A stretch of DNA of 63,636 nucleotides from Magnetococcales bacterium (GTDB lineage Bacteria; Pseudomonadota; Magnetococcia; Magnetococcales; JADFWT01): the NCBI GenBank assembly GCA_015233785.1, contig JADFWT010000003.1, positions 1-63,636 on the forward strand, read 5' to 3'. The first letter of the stretch is position 1. Each line of letters begins with the position of its first letter. The notes under the pieces are model-generated. The model was not told the DNA's origin, did no database searches, and saw only the letters and a list, made by a program, of their open reading frames with translations. Positions 38,265 to 47,741 of this stretch are shown here, piece by piece. Made by a program: the position numbers and the translations under genes.

Positions 38265-39440
38265 GTGGAAGAGGCCAAACAACGCTATCGAAAAGGGTTC
38301 AGCTTCGCCAACTTCTGGTCTCGGGCCCATGAAGATGTGGTGGAGGTGCAGAGCGGGCGGGCTGTGGCACTGCTTCAGGCGCAGTTGGCCACGGGCGCTG
38401 GGGATGATGCCCATCGCACCGTGTGGCAACGGGCGCTGGAGGATCTGACGCGCCCCCTGGAGGCCCCGCCTGCCGACAGGCCGAAGATTTTTGAGATCAA
38501 CCGTCTTTCGGCGGAGGAGATGACCCGGCTGGAAGATGGCCAGGTGACCCGTTATCTCTATCACCGTTTTCGCTACGATATTTTTCCCGGCGAGCGGCGA
38601 TTGGACGATGCCCCGACCTGTGTGCAGGTGGAGCCCACCTCCATCTGTAATTTTCGCTGCACTTTCTGCTATCAGGCCGACCGGAGCTTCAGTGACAAGC
38701 GTCAGGGCCACATGGGCTCCATGACGCTGGATCTTTACAAGCGGCTGGTGGATCAACTGGCTGGACGGGTGGAGTTCATCTCTCTGGCCTCTCGGGGGGA
38801 GCCGATGATTTGCAAGGCGTTTCCGGAGATGCTTGAATACAGCGCCTCAAAATTCATCGGCCTGAAGGTGAACACCAACGCCTCGCTGATGACGGAACGC
38901 ATCGCCCACGCGCTATTGTCGGGGGGGGTGAACTGGCTGGTTTTTTCGGTGGATGCGGCGGATGCTGAAACCTTCGCCCGGCTGCGGGTGAATGGCGATC
39001 TGGATGATGTGCGGCGCAAGATGGCTCTGTTTCGAGAGATTCAGGCCAAGCACTACCCTGACGTTCCCATCATCACCCGTGCTTCCGGCGTGCTGGTGGA
39101 GCAGGAGGGCCAGAAGATCGACGACATGCAGAGTGTTTGGGGGGAGCTGGTGGATCAGGTGACCTTTGTTAAATATAACCCATGGGAGAACACCTACGAA
39201 AACAGTCCCACCGAGGTAACCAGCCCCTGTTCCGACCTGTGGCGGCGCACCTTTGTCTGGCATGACGGCGTGGTCAATCCATGTGATTGTGACTATAAAT
39301 CAAACCTGAAGGTGGGCAGTGCGGCCAGGGATGATCTGCTCTCCATCTGGCGGGGGGCGGCCTATGATCGTCTTCGTGCGCAGCATCTTATGGACCAGCG
39401 ACAGGCCATGGAGCCGTGTCGTCGCTGCTATTTTTTGTAG
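38265..39440 (+). CDS. radical SAM enzyme with C-terminal SPASM/twitch-like Cys cluster
   Basis: CNFRCTFC (CxxxCxxC), with C-terminal Cys pattern SPCSDLW...NPCDCDY...EPCRRCYF. The GTG start lies 7 nt after the upstream stop. Confidence 0.85.
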   Translation: MEEAKQRYRKGFSFANFWSRAHEDVVEVQSGRAVALLQAQLATGAGDDAHRTVWQRALEDLTRPLEAPPADRPKIFEINRLSAEEMTRLEDGQVTRYLYHRFRYDIFPGERRLDDAPTCVQVEPTSICNFRCTFCYQADRSFSDKRQGHMGSMTLDLYKRLVDQLAGRVEFISLASRGEPMICKAFPEMLEYSASKFIGLKVNTNASLMTERIAHALLSGGVNWLVFSVDAADAETFARLRVNGDLDDVRRKMALFREIQAKHYPDVPIITRASGVLVEQEGQKIDDMQSVWGELVDQVTFVKYNPWENTYENSPTEVTSPCSDLWRRTFVWHDGVVNPCDCDYKSNLKVGSAARDDLLSIWRGAAYDRLRAQHLMDQRQAMEPCRRCYFL

Positions 39441-39452
39441 TGGGGGGCGGGT

Positions 39453-40196
39453 GTGAAGAGGGCGCTGTTTTTTGATTGCGATGGGGTGTTGGTGGAGTCG
39501 GGGGAGATTAAAACCCGCGCCTTTGCGCGTCTGTTTGATGCATGGCCGGATAAACGCGACGAGATTGTGGCTTATCATCTTTCTCAGGCGGGGATTTCAC
39601 GTTTTGTCAAATTTCGCCATATTCATGCCCATATTTTGGGGCTTCCGCTTTCGGATGAGGAGACGGTGCAGTTGGGTAAGGCGTTCTCCAGGTTGGTGAT
39701 GGAGGAGGTGCTGAAGGCTCCTCTGGTAGATGGGGTGGTGACGTTTCTTGAGGGCTGCCCTTCTGATGTGCGCTGTTACGTGATCTCCGGCACGCCTCAG
39801 GATGAGCTGGATGAGCTGTTGGAGAAGCGGGATCTGGCCAGATTTTTTGTGGATATCATCGGCTCGCCCACCCAGAAACCGGATGCCATACGGGCTTGGA
39901 TGGTGCGGGATGGGATCGCCGTAGATGAGGCGGTGATGATTGGCGATGGGGAGAGTGATTGGCGGGCGGCTCAGGAGACCGGCATTGACTTTGTGGCGCG
40001 GGTGACGGATGAGAATCGGGCGGTGCTAGGGGGGTGTACCTGGGCATTGCCGGATTTGAGTGGGTTGGAAGATATGCTGAACAGCATGAACCAGGGGGCA
40101 AAGCGAAGCGAGCCGGAACACAAAGGGGCAAAGCGAAGCGAGCCGGAAAAAAATAGTACAGCGAAGAAGAGACGAACAGAGGAGCAACCAGTTTGA
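39453..40196 (+). CDS. HAD-superfamily hydrolase (phosphatase) with repeat-containing charged tail
   Basis: Motif I FFDCDGVLVES and motif IV GDGESD. The C-terminal tail is GAKRSEPEHKGAKRSEPEKNSTAKKRRTEEQPV. Confidence 0.85.
   Translation: MKRALFFDCDGVLVESGEIKTRAFARLFDAWPDKRDEIVAYHLSQAGISRFVKFRHIHAHILGLPLSDEETVQLGKAFSRLVMEEVLKAPLVDGVVTFLEGCPSDVRCYVISGTPQDELDELLEKRDLARFFVDIIGSPTQKPDAIRAWMVRDGIAVDEAVMIGDGESDWRAAQETGIDFVARVTDENRAVLGGCTWALPDLSGLEDMLNSMNQGAKRSEPEHKGAKRSEPEKNSTAKKRRTEEQPV
40095..40148 (+). repeat. tandem duplication: 24-bp unit repeated with a 30-bp period at the 3' end of the HAD gene
   Basis: ggggcaaagcgaagcgagccggaa occurs at 40095-40118 and again at 40125-40148. Both copies encode GAKRSEPE. 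Confidence 0.9.
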
Positions 40197-41056
40197 AAGC
40201 CATCGTCATAGGCGGATCAGGATTCCTAGGCAGCCATGTCGCCGATGCATTGAGCGAGCGGGGTCATCAGGTCACGGTATTCGACAAGGTAGAGTCTCCC
40301 TATCTGAGAGCGGATCAGACCATGCGGCTGGGCGATCTGCTGGATGCGGTGGATGTCAACGACGCCGTACTGGGCATGGATGTGGTCTACAACTTTGCCG
40401 GTATTGCCGATCTGGACGACGCCAGCACCAAACCACTGACTACGGTCAACCTCAACATCATCGGGGCCATCAACGTCATGGAGGCGGCGGTGCAGGCGCG
40501 GGCCAAGCGGATGATCTACGCCAGCTCCATCTACGTCTACAGCCAGAAAGGTGGTTTCTACCGTTGCAGCAAGCAGGCGGCCGAGCTGTATGTGGAGGAG
40601 TATCGCCGCCGGTTTGGTCTGGATTTCACCATTTTGCGTTTCGGCACCCTCTACGGTCCCAGGGCCGACGCCCGCAACAGCATCTATCGCCTTCTTAAAC
40701 AGGCCCTGGAAGAGGGGGTGATCCGCTGTGCCGGGACTGGCGAGGAGCTGCGGGAGTATATCTTTGTTCGGGATGCGGCGGGGCTTAGCGTGGATGTTCT
40801 GGATGAAACATATGCCAATCGCCATGTGATATTAACTGGACAGAACGCCCTTCGTTATCGGGATATGGCCGCCACCATTCGGGAGATTCTCGGCGACCGG
40901 CCTGAGATCTCTTTCAGCGGCGAGCAGAGTGGCGATCACTACTCCTACACACCCTATTCGTTCATTCCCAATATTGGCAACAAGCTGGTGAGCAACGACT
41001 ACATCGACATCGGCCAGGGCCTGCTGGAGTGCCTTAAGGAGATGCATGGTGGTTGA
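40193..41056 (+). CDS. NAD-dependent epimerase/dehydratase (extended SDR)
   Basis: The TTG start overlaps the upstream TGA (TTGA), with GGAG 8 nt upstream. It has the GGSGFLGSH Rossmann motif and YxxxK (YRCSKQAAE). Confidence 0.85.
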   Translation: MKAIVIGGSGFLGSHVADALSERGHQVTVFDKVESPYLRADQTMRLGDLLDAVDVNDAVLGMDVVYNFAGIADLDDASTKPLTTVNLNIIGAINVMEAAVQARAKRMIYASSIYVYSQKGGFYRCSKQAAELYVEEYRRRFGLDFTILRFGTLYGPRADARNSIYRLLKQALEEGVIRCAGTGEELREYIFVRDAAGLSVDVLDETYANRHVILTGQNALRYRDMAATIREILGDRPEISFSGEQSGDHYSYTPYSFIPNIGNKLVSNDYIDIGQGLLECLKEMHGG

Positions 41057-41973
41057 TGGAGGTGCAGATGACGTCGCTCTATGAGGCGTTTGGCGTCGGG
41101 GTGGATCCTGGTCGCGTTGCGCCGGGTGTGGATGGGGCGGAGGATGGACCGCTGGTTTCGGTGATCATGCCGATGTTCAACGCCGCCACCTTTGTGGAGG
41201 CGTCGATTCGTTCGATTCAGGCCCAGGGGTATCGTCACTGGGAGCTTCTGGTGGTGGACAACGCCTCTACGGATGAGAGTCCGGCACGGGTGGTGCAGAT
41301 GGCCGAAGCGGATGGCCGTATCCAGCTGATTCGGCGCCAGGTGAACTCCGGCGGTCCGGCGGCTCCGCGCAACGATGGCATTCGGGGGGCCCGGGGGCGT
41401 TATATCACCTTTCTGGATGCCGACGACCTTTGGCATCCCGACAAATTGCAGAAGCAGGTCGCCCATATGGAGCTGCACTCGGCGACCTTCATGTGTTTCG
41501 GCAAGATGGTGGTGGATAGTGAGGGGGTTCTCTACGCGCACGGCCGTCAGTCGGAGCTGGGAGAGCTGGTGACGGAAGGTGCGGATCTGTTTGATAATCT
41601 TCTGCGCTACAACAATTTTATCCCGCTGCATACGGTGATGCTGCGTCGTGGCGAGTCGGTGGAAGGGCTGCTGTTTGATGAAGATCCGCGCCTGAACGCC
41701 GTAGAGGATTTTGATTTGTGGTTGCAAATCGCCAAGCGGGGAGAGAAAATTGACTTTTTGAACGAATTTTTCTCCATCTACCGGCTGCACGCGGGCAATC
41801 TATCCCACGGCATGCTAAAGGGGGTGCGGATCCAGCTTCGGCTGGCGCACAAGTGGCGGTCGGAATTGACCGCTGGGTCCAGGCTTCGATTGATGCGTGC
41901 AACCATCGCCAGACGTATAATATTGCCGCTGCTTAGGCGGCTGTTTTCGCGTTTTTTGCTGGTAGTTCGGTAA
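41056..41973 (+). CDS. family 2 glycosyltransferase
   Basis: The ATG overlaps the upstream TGA (TGATG). It has VSVIMPMFNAATFVEASIRS...VVDNASTDES...FLDADD (DxD). Confidence 0.85.
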   Translation: MEVQMTSLYEAFGVGVDPGRVAPGVDGAEDGPLVSVIMPMFNAATFVEASIRSIQAQGYRHWELLVVDNASTDESPARVVQMAEADGRIQLIRRQVNSGGPAAPRNDGIRGARGRYITFLDADDLWHPDKLQKQVAHMELHSATFMCFGKMVVDSEGVLYAHGRQSELGELVTEGADLFDNLLRYNNFIPLHTVMLRRGESVEGLLFDEDPRLNAVEDFDLWLQIAKRGEKIDFLNEFFSIYRLHAGNLSHGMLKGVRIQLRLAHKWRSELTAGSRLRLMRATIARRIILPLLRRLFSRFLLVVR

Positions 41974-42039
41974 GGCGCGGATCGCTCTACAACAGGAACA
42001 GACCGCGTCGCATAGACCGGTCGCCCACTTCGGAAATCC

Positions 42040-43011
42040 ATGACGCAACCGATGCAATCACTGCCCGAAATGTACCATACCATGCTGCGTATTCGCCGTG
42101 TGGAGGAGGCTCTTGCCGAGCGCTATCCCGATCAGGAGATGCGTTGTCCCATGCATCTTTGTACCGGCCAGGAGGCTGTGGCGGCAGGGGTGAGCATCCA
42201 CCTGCGGCAAGAGGATGTGGTGTTCAGCAACCATCGTGCCCATGGTCACTATCTGGCCAAAGGGGGTAGCCTGGATGCCATGGTAGCGGAGATCTACGGT
42301 AAGTCGGGCGGCTGTTGCGGAGGCCGTGGCGGCTCCATGCATCTGGTGGATCTGGAGGCCGGATTTCTCGGTTCGGCGCCCATTGTGGCCGGAACCGTAC
42401 CGCTGGCCGTTGGTGCGGCTTGGGCCTCCAAACTGCACGACCGGGATCAGGTTGCGGTGGTCTACTTTGGTGATGGCTGCTTTGAGGAGGGCGTGCTGCA
42501 CGAGACCATGAACTTCGCCTCCTTGAAACAACTTCCGGTGGTGTTTGTCTGCGAAAACAATGGCTATTCAGTCTATACACCGCTGGCCGAGCGGCAGCCG
42601 GATCGTCCCATTCTGGAGATCGCTCGTGCCCACAAGCTCTCTGTGGATGAGGGGGACGGCAACGATGTCCAGGATGTGGCCATACGGGCTGGAAAGGCTA
42701 TTCAGGCAGCTCGGGAGCAGTTTAAGCCGCAATTTCTAGAGCTGCACACCTACCGCTGGTTGGAGCATGTGGGGCCGTATGAGGATGACCACCTGGGGTA
42801 TCGACCCGCGGGGGAGTTGAAAAAGTGGCGCAAACGCTGCCCCATTCAGAGAACCGCCCAGGTGCTTACCGAAGAGTACGGCTGGAGTCAGGCCGACTTC
42901 GATAAGCGCGAGAAGTGGGTCGCCAAGGAGATTGAGGCAGCGTTTCAGTTCTCCAAGGAGAGCCCGCCGCCGGATAGCATCACCGCTTCTCAGTTTGTCT
43001 ACGCCGAGTAG
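42040..43011 (+). CDS. thiamine-diphosphate-dependent dehydrogenase E1 component, alpha subunit-like
   Basis: The TPP-binding region is GDGCFEEGVLHETMNFASLKQLPVVFVCENNGYS. The overall layout is that of 2-oxoacid/acetoin dehydrogenase E1-alpha. Confidence 0.85.
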   Translation: MTQPMQSLPEMYHTMLRIRRVEEALAERYPDQEMRCPMHLCTGQEAVAAGVSIHLRQEDVVFSNHRAHGHYLAKGGSLDAMVAEIYGKSGGCCGGRGGSMHLVDLEAGFLGSAPIVAGTVPLAVGAAWASKLHDRDQVAVVYFGDGCFEEGVLHETMNFASLKQLPVVFVCENNGYSVYTPLAERQPDRPILEIARAHKLSVDEGDGNDVQDVAIRAGKAIQAAREQFKPQFLELHTYRWLEHVGPYEDDHLGYRPAGELKKWRKRCPIQRTAQVLTEEYGWSQADFDKREKWVAKEIEAAFQFSKESPPPDSITASQFVYAE

Positions 43012-43064
43012 TAGGCGTGCCGACCATCTGTTCACGCATCGTTGCCGAGTAAGAAACGCAGACC

Positions 43065-44201
43065 ATGGATAGAAGAGCATCTTCAGCCGCGCCCAAGAGC
43101 GCCAACACCGCCAAGAAAAACAGGGGCGTGAAACGTCAGTTGACCTATGGCGAGGCGATTCGTGAAGGGCTCTACCAAGCCATGGAGACCGATCCCGGCG
43201 TGGTGGTGATCGGCGAAGGGGTGCCGGATCCTAAGGCGATCTTTGAGACCACCCGAGGCCTGCGGGAGAAGTTTGGCGCCGACCGGGTGTTGGATATGCC
43301 GTTGGCTGAGAACGGCATGACCGGCGTCTGCATCGGTGCGGCCATGTGCGGGGTGCGTCCGGTGATGGTGCATCAGCGCATTGACTTCGCCCTGTTGGCC
43401 ATGGACCAACTGATCAACAACGCCGCCAAGTGGCACTACCTGTTCAACGGCCAGGGGCGAGTGCCTCTGGTGGTGCGGGTGTTGGTGGGGCGCGGTTGGG
43501 GTCAGGGACCGCAACACGCCCAGAGTCTCCAGGCGCTGTTTGCCCACATTCCCGGCATCAAGGTGGTGCTTCCAACCATGGCTGGGGATGCCAAAGGGAT
43601 GCTGCTGGAGGCCATCCAGGACGACAACCCGGTGGTGATTGTCGAACATCGCTGGCTCTACAATATTCGCGGCCTGGTGCCCCAGAAGCCGAAGCGGGAG
43701 CGGCTGGATCGAGCCCGTCTGATTCAACCGGGCAAGCATGTCACCGTGGCGGCCTTCTCCTATATGGTGGTGGAGGCGCTAGCCGCCGCCAAGGTGCTGG
43801 CTGAGTATGGTGTTGAGCTGGAAGTGATCGATATGCGTTCGGCGAGGCCGCTGGATATGGAGCCGGTGCTGGATTCTCTGGTGAAAACCGGTCTGTTGAT
43901 GGTGCTGGATATTGGTTGGGCCACCTGCGGTGTTAGTGCCGAGGTCTCTACCCGGGCGGTGGAAGAGGGGTTTGAGCATCTGCGTAAGCCACCCAAGCGG
44001 GTGACACTGCCGGATCATCCGGTGCCCACCTCTCACCATCTGTCGGTGGACTACTATCCCGACGCCGAAACCATCGCGCGTGAGGCGCTGGTGTTGCTGG
44101 ATAAGCCGCTACCGGATGATGAGTCCGAGGAGGTGTTTCTGCGTCTGCATCGTGCCTTGCCCAGGGATGTGCCCAACCCCGATTTTACCGGCCCCTTTTA
44201 A
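43065..44201 (+). CDS. E1 component beta subunit-like (transketolase pyrimidine-binding and C-terminal domains)
   Basis: LTYGEAIREGLYQAMETDPGVVVIGEGV...DMPLAENGMTG. It has a basic ~24-aa N-terminal extension if ATG 43065 is used. Confidence 0.85.
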   Translation: MDRRASSAAPKSANTAKKNRGVKRQLTYGEAIREGLYQAMETDPGVVVIGEGVPDPKAIFETTRGLREKFGADRVLDMPLAENGMTGVCIGAAMCGVRPVMVHQRIDFALLAMDQLINNAAKWHYLFNGQGRVPLVVRVLVGRGWGQGPQHAQSLQALFAHIPGIKVVLPTMAGDAKGMLLEAIQDDNPVVIVEHRWLYNIRGLVPQKPKRERLDRARLIQPGKHVTVAAFSYMVVEALAAAKVLAEYGVELEVIDMRSARPLDMEPVLDSLVKTGLLMVLDIGWATCGVSAEVSTRAVEEGFEHLRKPPKRVTLPDHPVPTSHHLSVDYYPDAETIAREALVLLDKPLPDDESEEVFLRLHRALPRDVPNPDFTGPF

Positions 44202-44273
44202 ATCCCATTCGAGTCTATCGAGCGGCCAACTGCCGTCGCGCCTCAATGCAGGGGTGCCCCAACGAGGATCTTC

Positions 44274-45638
44274 ATGTCCGATAAAAAATCCACCAATCGT
44301 TTTGGCGAAAGCGCCGTCACAGCTATTCCCAAGAATGCACCGTTGGCGGATCGTCCCGGTCATAAGCTGCGCAGCTCCAGCGTCATTGTGGATCGAAAGG
44401 AGCTGGCAGCGGCGGAAGCGGCCCTGGTCGGACAGCAGGTGGAGGCGGTGAAGTTTGATGACCAGAAGGGCATCATCCGCTTTCAGGATGGCGAGGATCC
44501 CACCGAATTGGTCGCCAACCGCTTTACCGGCCCCAGCTTTCGCAATCGCAGCGAGCGGTTTCGCTTCGATGGCCACAAAATGATGCACCACCTGGATCGC
44601 ATTCGGGATTGGCAGGAGGGCACACGCTTTGCGCCGATCCATATCGACATGGGTCTCACCAAGTTTTGCAACACCGCCTGCATATACTGCTATGCGGTGA
44701 TCCAGAACATGACCAAGGGGGTGATGATTCAGCGGGAGCCGCTGCTCAATTTTATTGAGGATTGCGGGCGTCTGGGCGTGCGCTCCATCGGCTTTATCGG
44801 CGATGGTGAGCCCACGCTTAATCCGGCCATGTATGATGCCGCTGTGCTGGCCAAAAAACGTGGGGTGGATACCTCCATGGCCACCAACGGCCTGTTGATG
44901 GATATGGACCGTGCCCACGATATGCTACGGGATATGACCTTCATCCGTTTTAATTTATCGGCAGGGACGCCGGAAGGGTTCCAGCGGGTTCACCAGTCGC
45001 CGGGGCGCAATTTTGAGCTGCTGGTGGAGAAGATCCGCGAGCTGGTACGTATCAAAAAAGAGAACAACTACCCCTGCACCCTGGGGTTGCAGATGGTGCT
45101 GATCCCCGAATGCTTCGATCAGGTGATTGACGAGGCGCGTTTGGGGGCCGAACTGGGGGTGGATTACTTTGTGGTCAAGCAGTGTGCCGACTCCGAGTAC
45201 AAAGAGCTGGGCGTGGACTACAGCGACTACCACAAGATGGAGAAGGTGTTGCACGAGGCGGAGAAGTACGCCACCAAGGATTATGTGGTGCAGATTAAGT
45301 GGAACAAGATCAATGCCGCTGCCGAAACCAACCTCTACAAGCAGGGCATTCGCAAGTATGACATCTGCTACGGCACGCCGTTTCTGGCGCAGATTTCAGG
45401 CAACGGTAAGGTCTATCCCTGCGGCCCATTTTTCAATAAAGAGCGCTTCTATATTGGCGACCTGCACAGCGAGTCGTTTCACGACATGGTGATGGGGGAT
45501 CGTTACTGGGCGGTGCATGAGGATGTGGCTAAATCGGTGGATGTCCACAAGGACTGCGCCATCGGTTGCCGTCAGGACTACATCAACAAGTTTCTCTGGG
45601 ATCTGAAGAACCCGCCGGATCACATCAACTTTATTTAA
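44274..45638 (+). CDS. radical SAM enzyme with ~120-aa N-terminal extension
   Basis: CNTACIYC (CxxxCxxC) with a GDGEPTLNP SAM-binding motif. The C-terminal Cys residues (YPCGPFF...DCAIGC) suggest a possible auxiliary cluster. Confidence 0.85.
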   Translation: MSDKKSTNRFGESAVTAIPKNAPLADRPGHKLRSSSVIVDRKELAAAEAALVGQQVEAVKFDDQKGIIRFQDGEDPTELVANRFTGPSFRNRSERFRFDGHKMMHHLDRIRDWQEGTRFAPIHIDMGLTKFCNTACIYCYAVIQNMTKGVMIQREPLLNFIEDCGRLGVRSIGFIGDGEPTLNPAMYDAAVLAKKRGVDTSMATNGLLMDMDRAHDMLRDMTFIRFNLSAGTPEGFQRVHQSPGRNFELLVEKIRELVRIKKENNYPCTLGLQMVLIPECFDQVIDEARLGAELGVDYFVVKQCADSEYKELGVDYSDYHKMEKVLHEAEKYATKDYVVQIKWNKINAAAETNLYKQGIRKYDICYGTPFLAQISGNGKVYPCGPFFNKERFYIGDLHSESFHDMVMGDRYWAVHEDVAKSVDVHKDCAIGCRQDYINKFLWDLKNPPDHINFI

Positions 45639-47669
45639 TTATCCGCAGACCGATATGGTCTCTCCCTCGGCCAGTTCGCCACGTTCCAGTCGCTGGTGGA
45701 ACTGCTTGAAGGGATTGAAGTAGAGGGTGGCCAGATCTCTGTCAGCGCCCTGCGCCTTCACGGCCTGCTCAAGTTCCCGGCAGCGGTTAGGCCACGATTG
45801 CGGCGGGTCATCGCTGAGCTGAACAGCCTTTTTGAAGTAGAGCAGCGCCGCCCCCAGACTTCCTTCCATCTCCAGTGCTTTGGCAAATTCGGCGTGGCAG
45901 TGGGGGTTCCATATGTTGGTTCTCAGGGCGTGCATCAAAAAGAACATCGCGTTGCTGCGCTCTCCCACCTGAAGCTCCAGAGCCCCAAAACGATGAAAAG
46001 CCCGTATACAGGCCCAGCTCTCCATGGCTGGTCCGCAGTGTTGCTCAATGAGCTGAGAATAGTGCTGGCGAGCCGCTTCCCGGGCTTGGGGGTTTTTGGT
46101 CAGTGAGAATAGCTCGTCCAGGCGTTCGGCAGCGGCCAGTTGCAGATCGGCCTGGGGATGGGGGTTCATGGGGGGGTGCCACATGGGTACGTCGGACCGG
46201 GCGCGGCAATGGCGACATGTGAGTCGGATGCTCCAGACACTGTTGTAAAGATTCTTGTAGAGATTGCCGCCCTGACATTTGGGGCAGCGCCACTGATAGG
46301 TTAAACCCTGACCCAGAATGGGGTGGGGCACTTCGTCCATCATGAACCCCTCCACCGTGGCCGGATAGGGAAGCGTCTGACTGTAGAAGAGGATCCGTTC
46401 CCGCAGAGGGTAGAACAGCGCATCGTCCAGAGTGGACAGGTTGATGGGAATGGTGGGGTCGGCATAGGCGGCGGCAGGGTCGGTGATGCGGCCATTCTGT
46501 ACGCCAAGTTGAAACAGCTCGCTGCCTGGTAGAATATCCAATGCACTGAAATTGATGCAGTACTCCGGGTGATGCGCCCAAAAATCGAAGGTTTCAGCCA
46601 GGGTATCGAGGTTCTCCGCCGGATCGCCAATGAGAAAATTACCTTGGATGCCGATGCCCGCCTCATAGATCAACGCCAAGGCCCGCTGGAGCTGTTCCGG
46701 GGTAATTTTTTTCTTCATGCTGGCCAGAACCGGCGCGCTCATGTGCTCGATTCCAAGGCTGATGTAGACGCAGCCCGCCTCTTTGAGCACCTGCAAGGTG
46801 GTCTTATCCACCACCTTGACGTGGAGTTGGCAGAGCCAGGGCAGGCCGTAGGCTTTCATGCGCTGGCAGAATTCAATAAGGCGGCTCTTTTTAAAGGCCA
46901 AAAGCTCATCGAGCACCATGATGATATTGATTTTGTAGGTCTCGATGAGGTGGTCCAGCTCCTGAAAAAAATCATCCAGATCCCGTTCCCGATACACCTT
47001 ACCGTTGGGGTGGTAGCAGAAGGTGCAGGAGAGGGGGCAGGAGCGGCTGGCAATGATGGGTATGGCGCGGGGATCGTCTTCGGCAAAGTGAATGTAGTTG
47101 CTCTGGGGAATTTGCCGTTCCAGCAGGCGCGCCATCTGGAAGCCGTCAAAGTCTGGCCAGGGCAGGGTACTGATCTCTCGGTTGATGGGTCGTTCCGGGG
47201 TGCGCATGGGGGGGGCATCGGTGGGTTTCAGCACCAGCCCGGTGACCGCTTGTAGAGGGGTGCCGTCTTCCAGCGCCTGAACGATCTCCACGATAGCTTG
47301 CTCTCCCTCGCCGATAACACCGATATCCAGCGTCATCAGAGAGGCGGCCGTCAGCGGATCGGCACTCACAACGCCGCCGCCCACTATATTAATGATATTT
47401 GGCTTGCTCTGCTTGGCTGCTTGCAGAATCGTCTGAATGGTCTTGGCGTGGGCAGAGATGCCGCCGGTGGCGCAGATGTCCACATCCAGTGCATCGATAT
47501 GGTGGGCTATCACCTGCTCTATTGGGCCCTCTTCATGGTTGAGATTGAGGCAGTGGACTTGCTTGCCCGCCTGTTTAAGCGCTGCCGAGATGTAGAGGAT
47601 GCCGACGGCCATGTCGTAGCTGTTGTGGTTATCTTCGACAAAGCGGGGCATGACCAGAAGCGTCTTCAT
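45639..47669 (-). CDS. B12-binding-domain radical SAM enzyme fused to a CxxC...CxxC zinc ribbon and TPR-like C-terminal region
   Basis: The N-terminal cobalamin-binding-like Rossmann segment is MKTLLVMPRF...VGGGVVS. It has CPLSCTFC, then WRCPKCQG...CRHCRARS, then helical repeats (AKALEMEGSLGAALLYFKKAVQL). Confidence 0.85.
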   Translation of the reverse strand: MKTLLVMPRFVEDNHNSYDMAVGILYISAALKQAGKQVHCLNLNHEEGPIEQVIAHHIDALDVDICATGGISAHAKTIQTILQAAKQSKPNIINIVGGGVVSADPLTAASLMTLDIGVIGEGEQAIVEIVQALEDGTPLQAVTGLVLKPTDAPPMRTPERPINREISTLPWPDFDGFQMARLLERQIPQSNYIHFAEDDPRAIPIIASRSCPLSCTFCYHPNGKVYRERDLDDFFQELDHLIETYKINIIMVLDELLAFKKSRLIEFCQRMKAYGLPWLCQLHVKVVDKTTLQVLKEAGCVYISLGIEHMSAPVLASMKKKITPEQLQRALALIYEAGIGIQGNFLIGDPAENLDTLAETFDFWAHHPEYCINFSALDILPGSELFQLGVQNGRITDPAAAYADPTIPINLSTLDDALFYPLRERILFYSQTLPYPATVEGFMMDEVPHPILGQGLTYQWRCPKCQGGNLYKNLYNSVWSIRLTCRHCRARSDVPMWHPPMNPHPQADLQLAAAERLDELFSLTKNPQAREAARQHYSQLIEQHCGPAMESWACIRAFHRFGALELQVGERSNAMFFLMHALRTNIWNPHCHAEFAKALEMEGSLGAALLYFKKAVQLSDDPPQSWPNRCRELEQAVKAQGADRDLATLYFNPFKQFHQRLERGELAEGETISVCG

Positions 47670-47741
47670 GATGGGGGCGTCCTGAGTAAAGGCTTACAAT
47701 TCTGGGTGATTGGGCCGAGCGTGTACATGGTATGGGAAGCA

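Noticed and set aside
38265-39440. Possibility that the SPASM-type radical SAM enzyme marks a RiPP (peptide natural product) cluster.
   Set aside because: I found no small precursor-like ORF next to it. Flanking gaps are 6-12 nt, and there is no peptidase, transporter or RiPP recognition protein. All neighbours are sugar-nucleotide enzymes.
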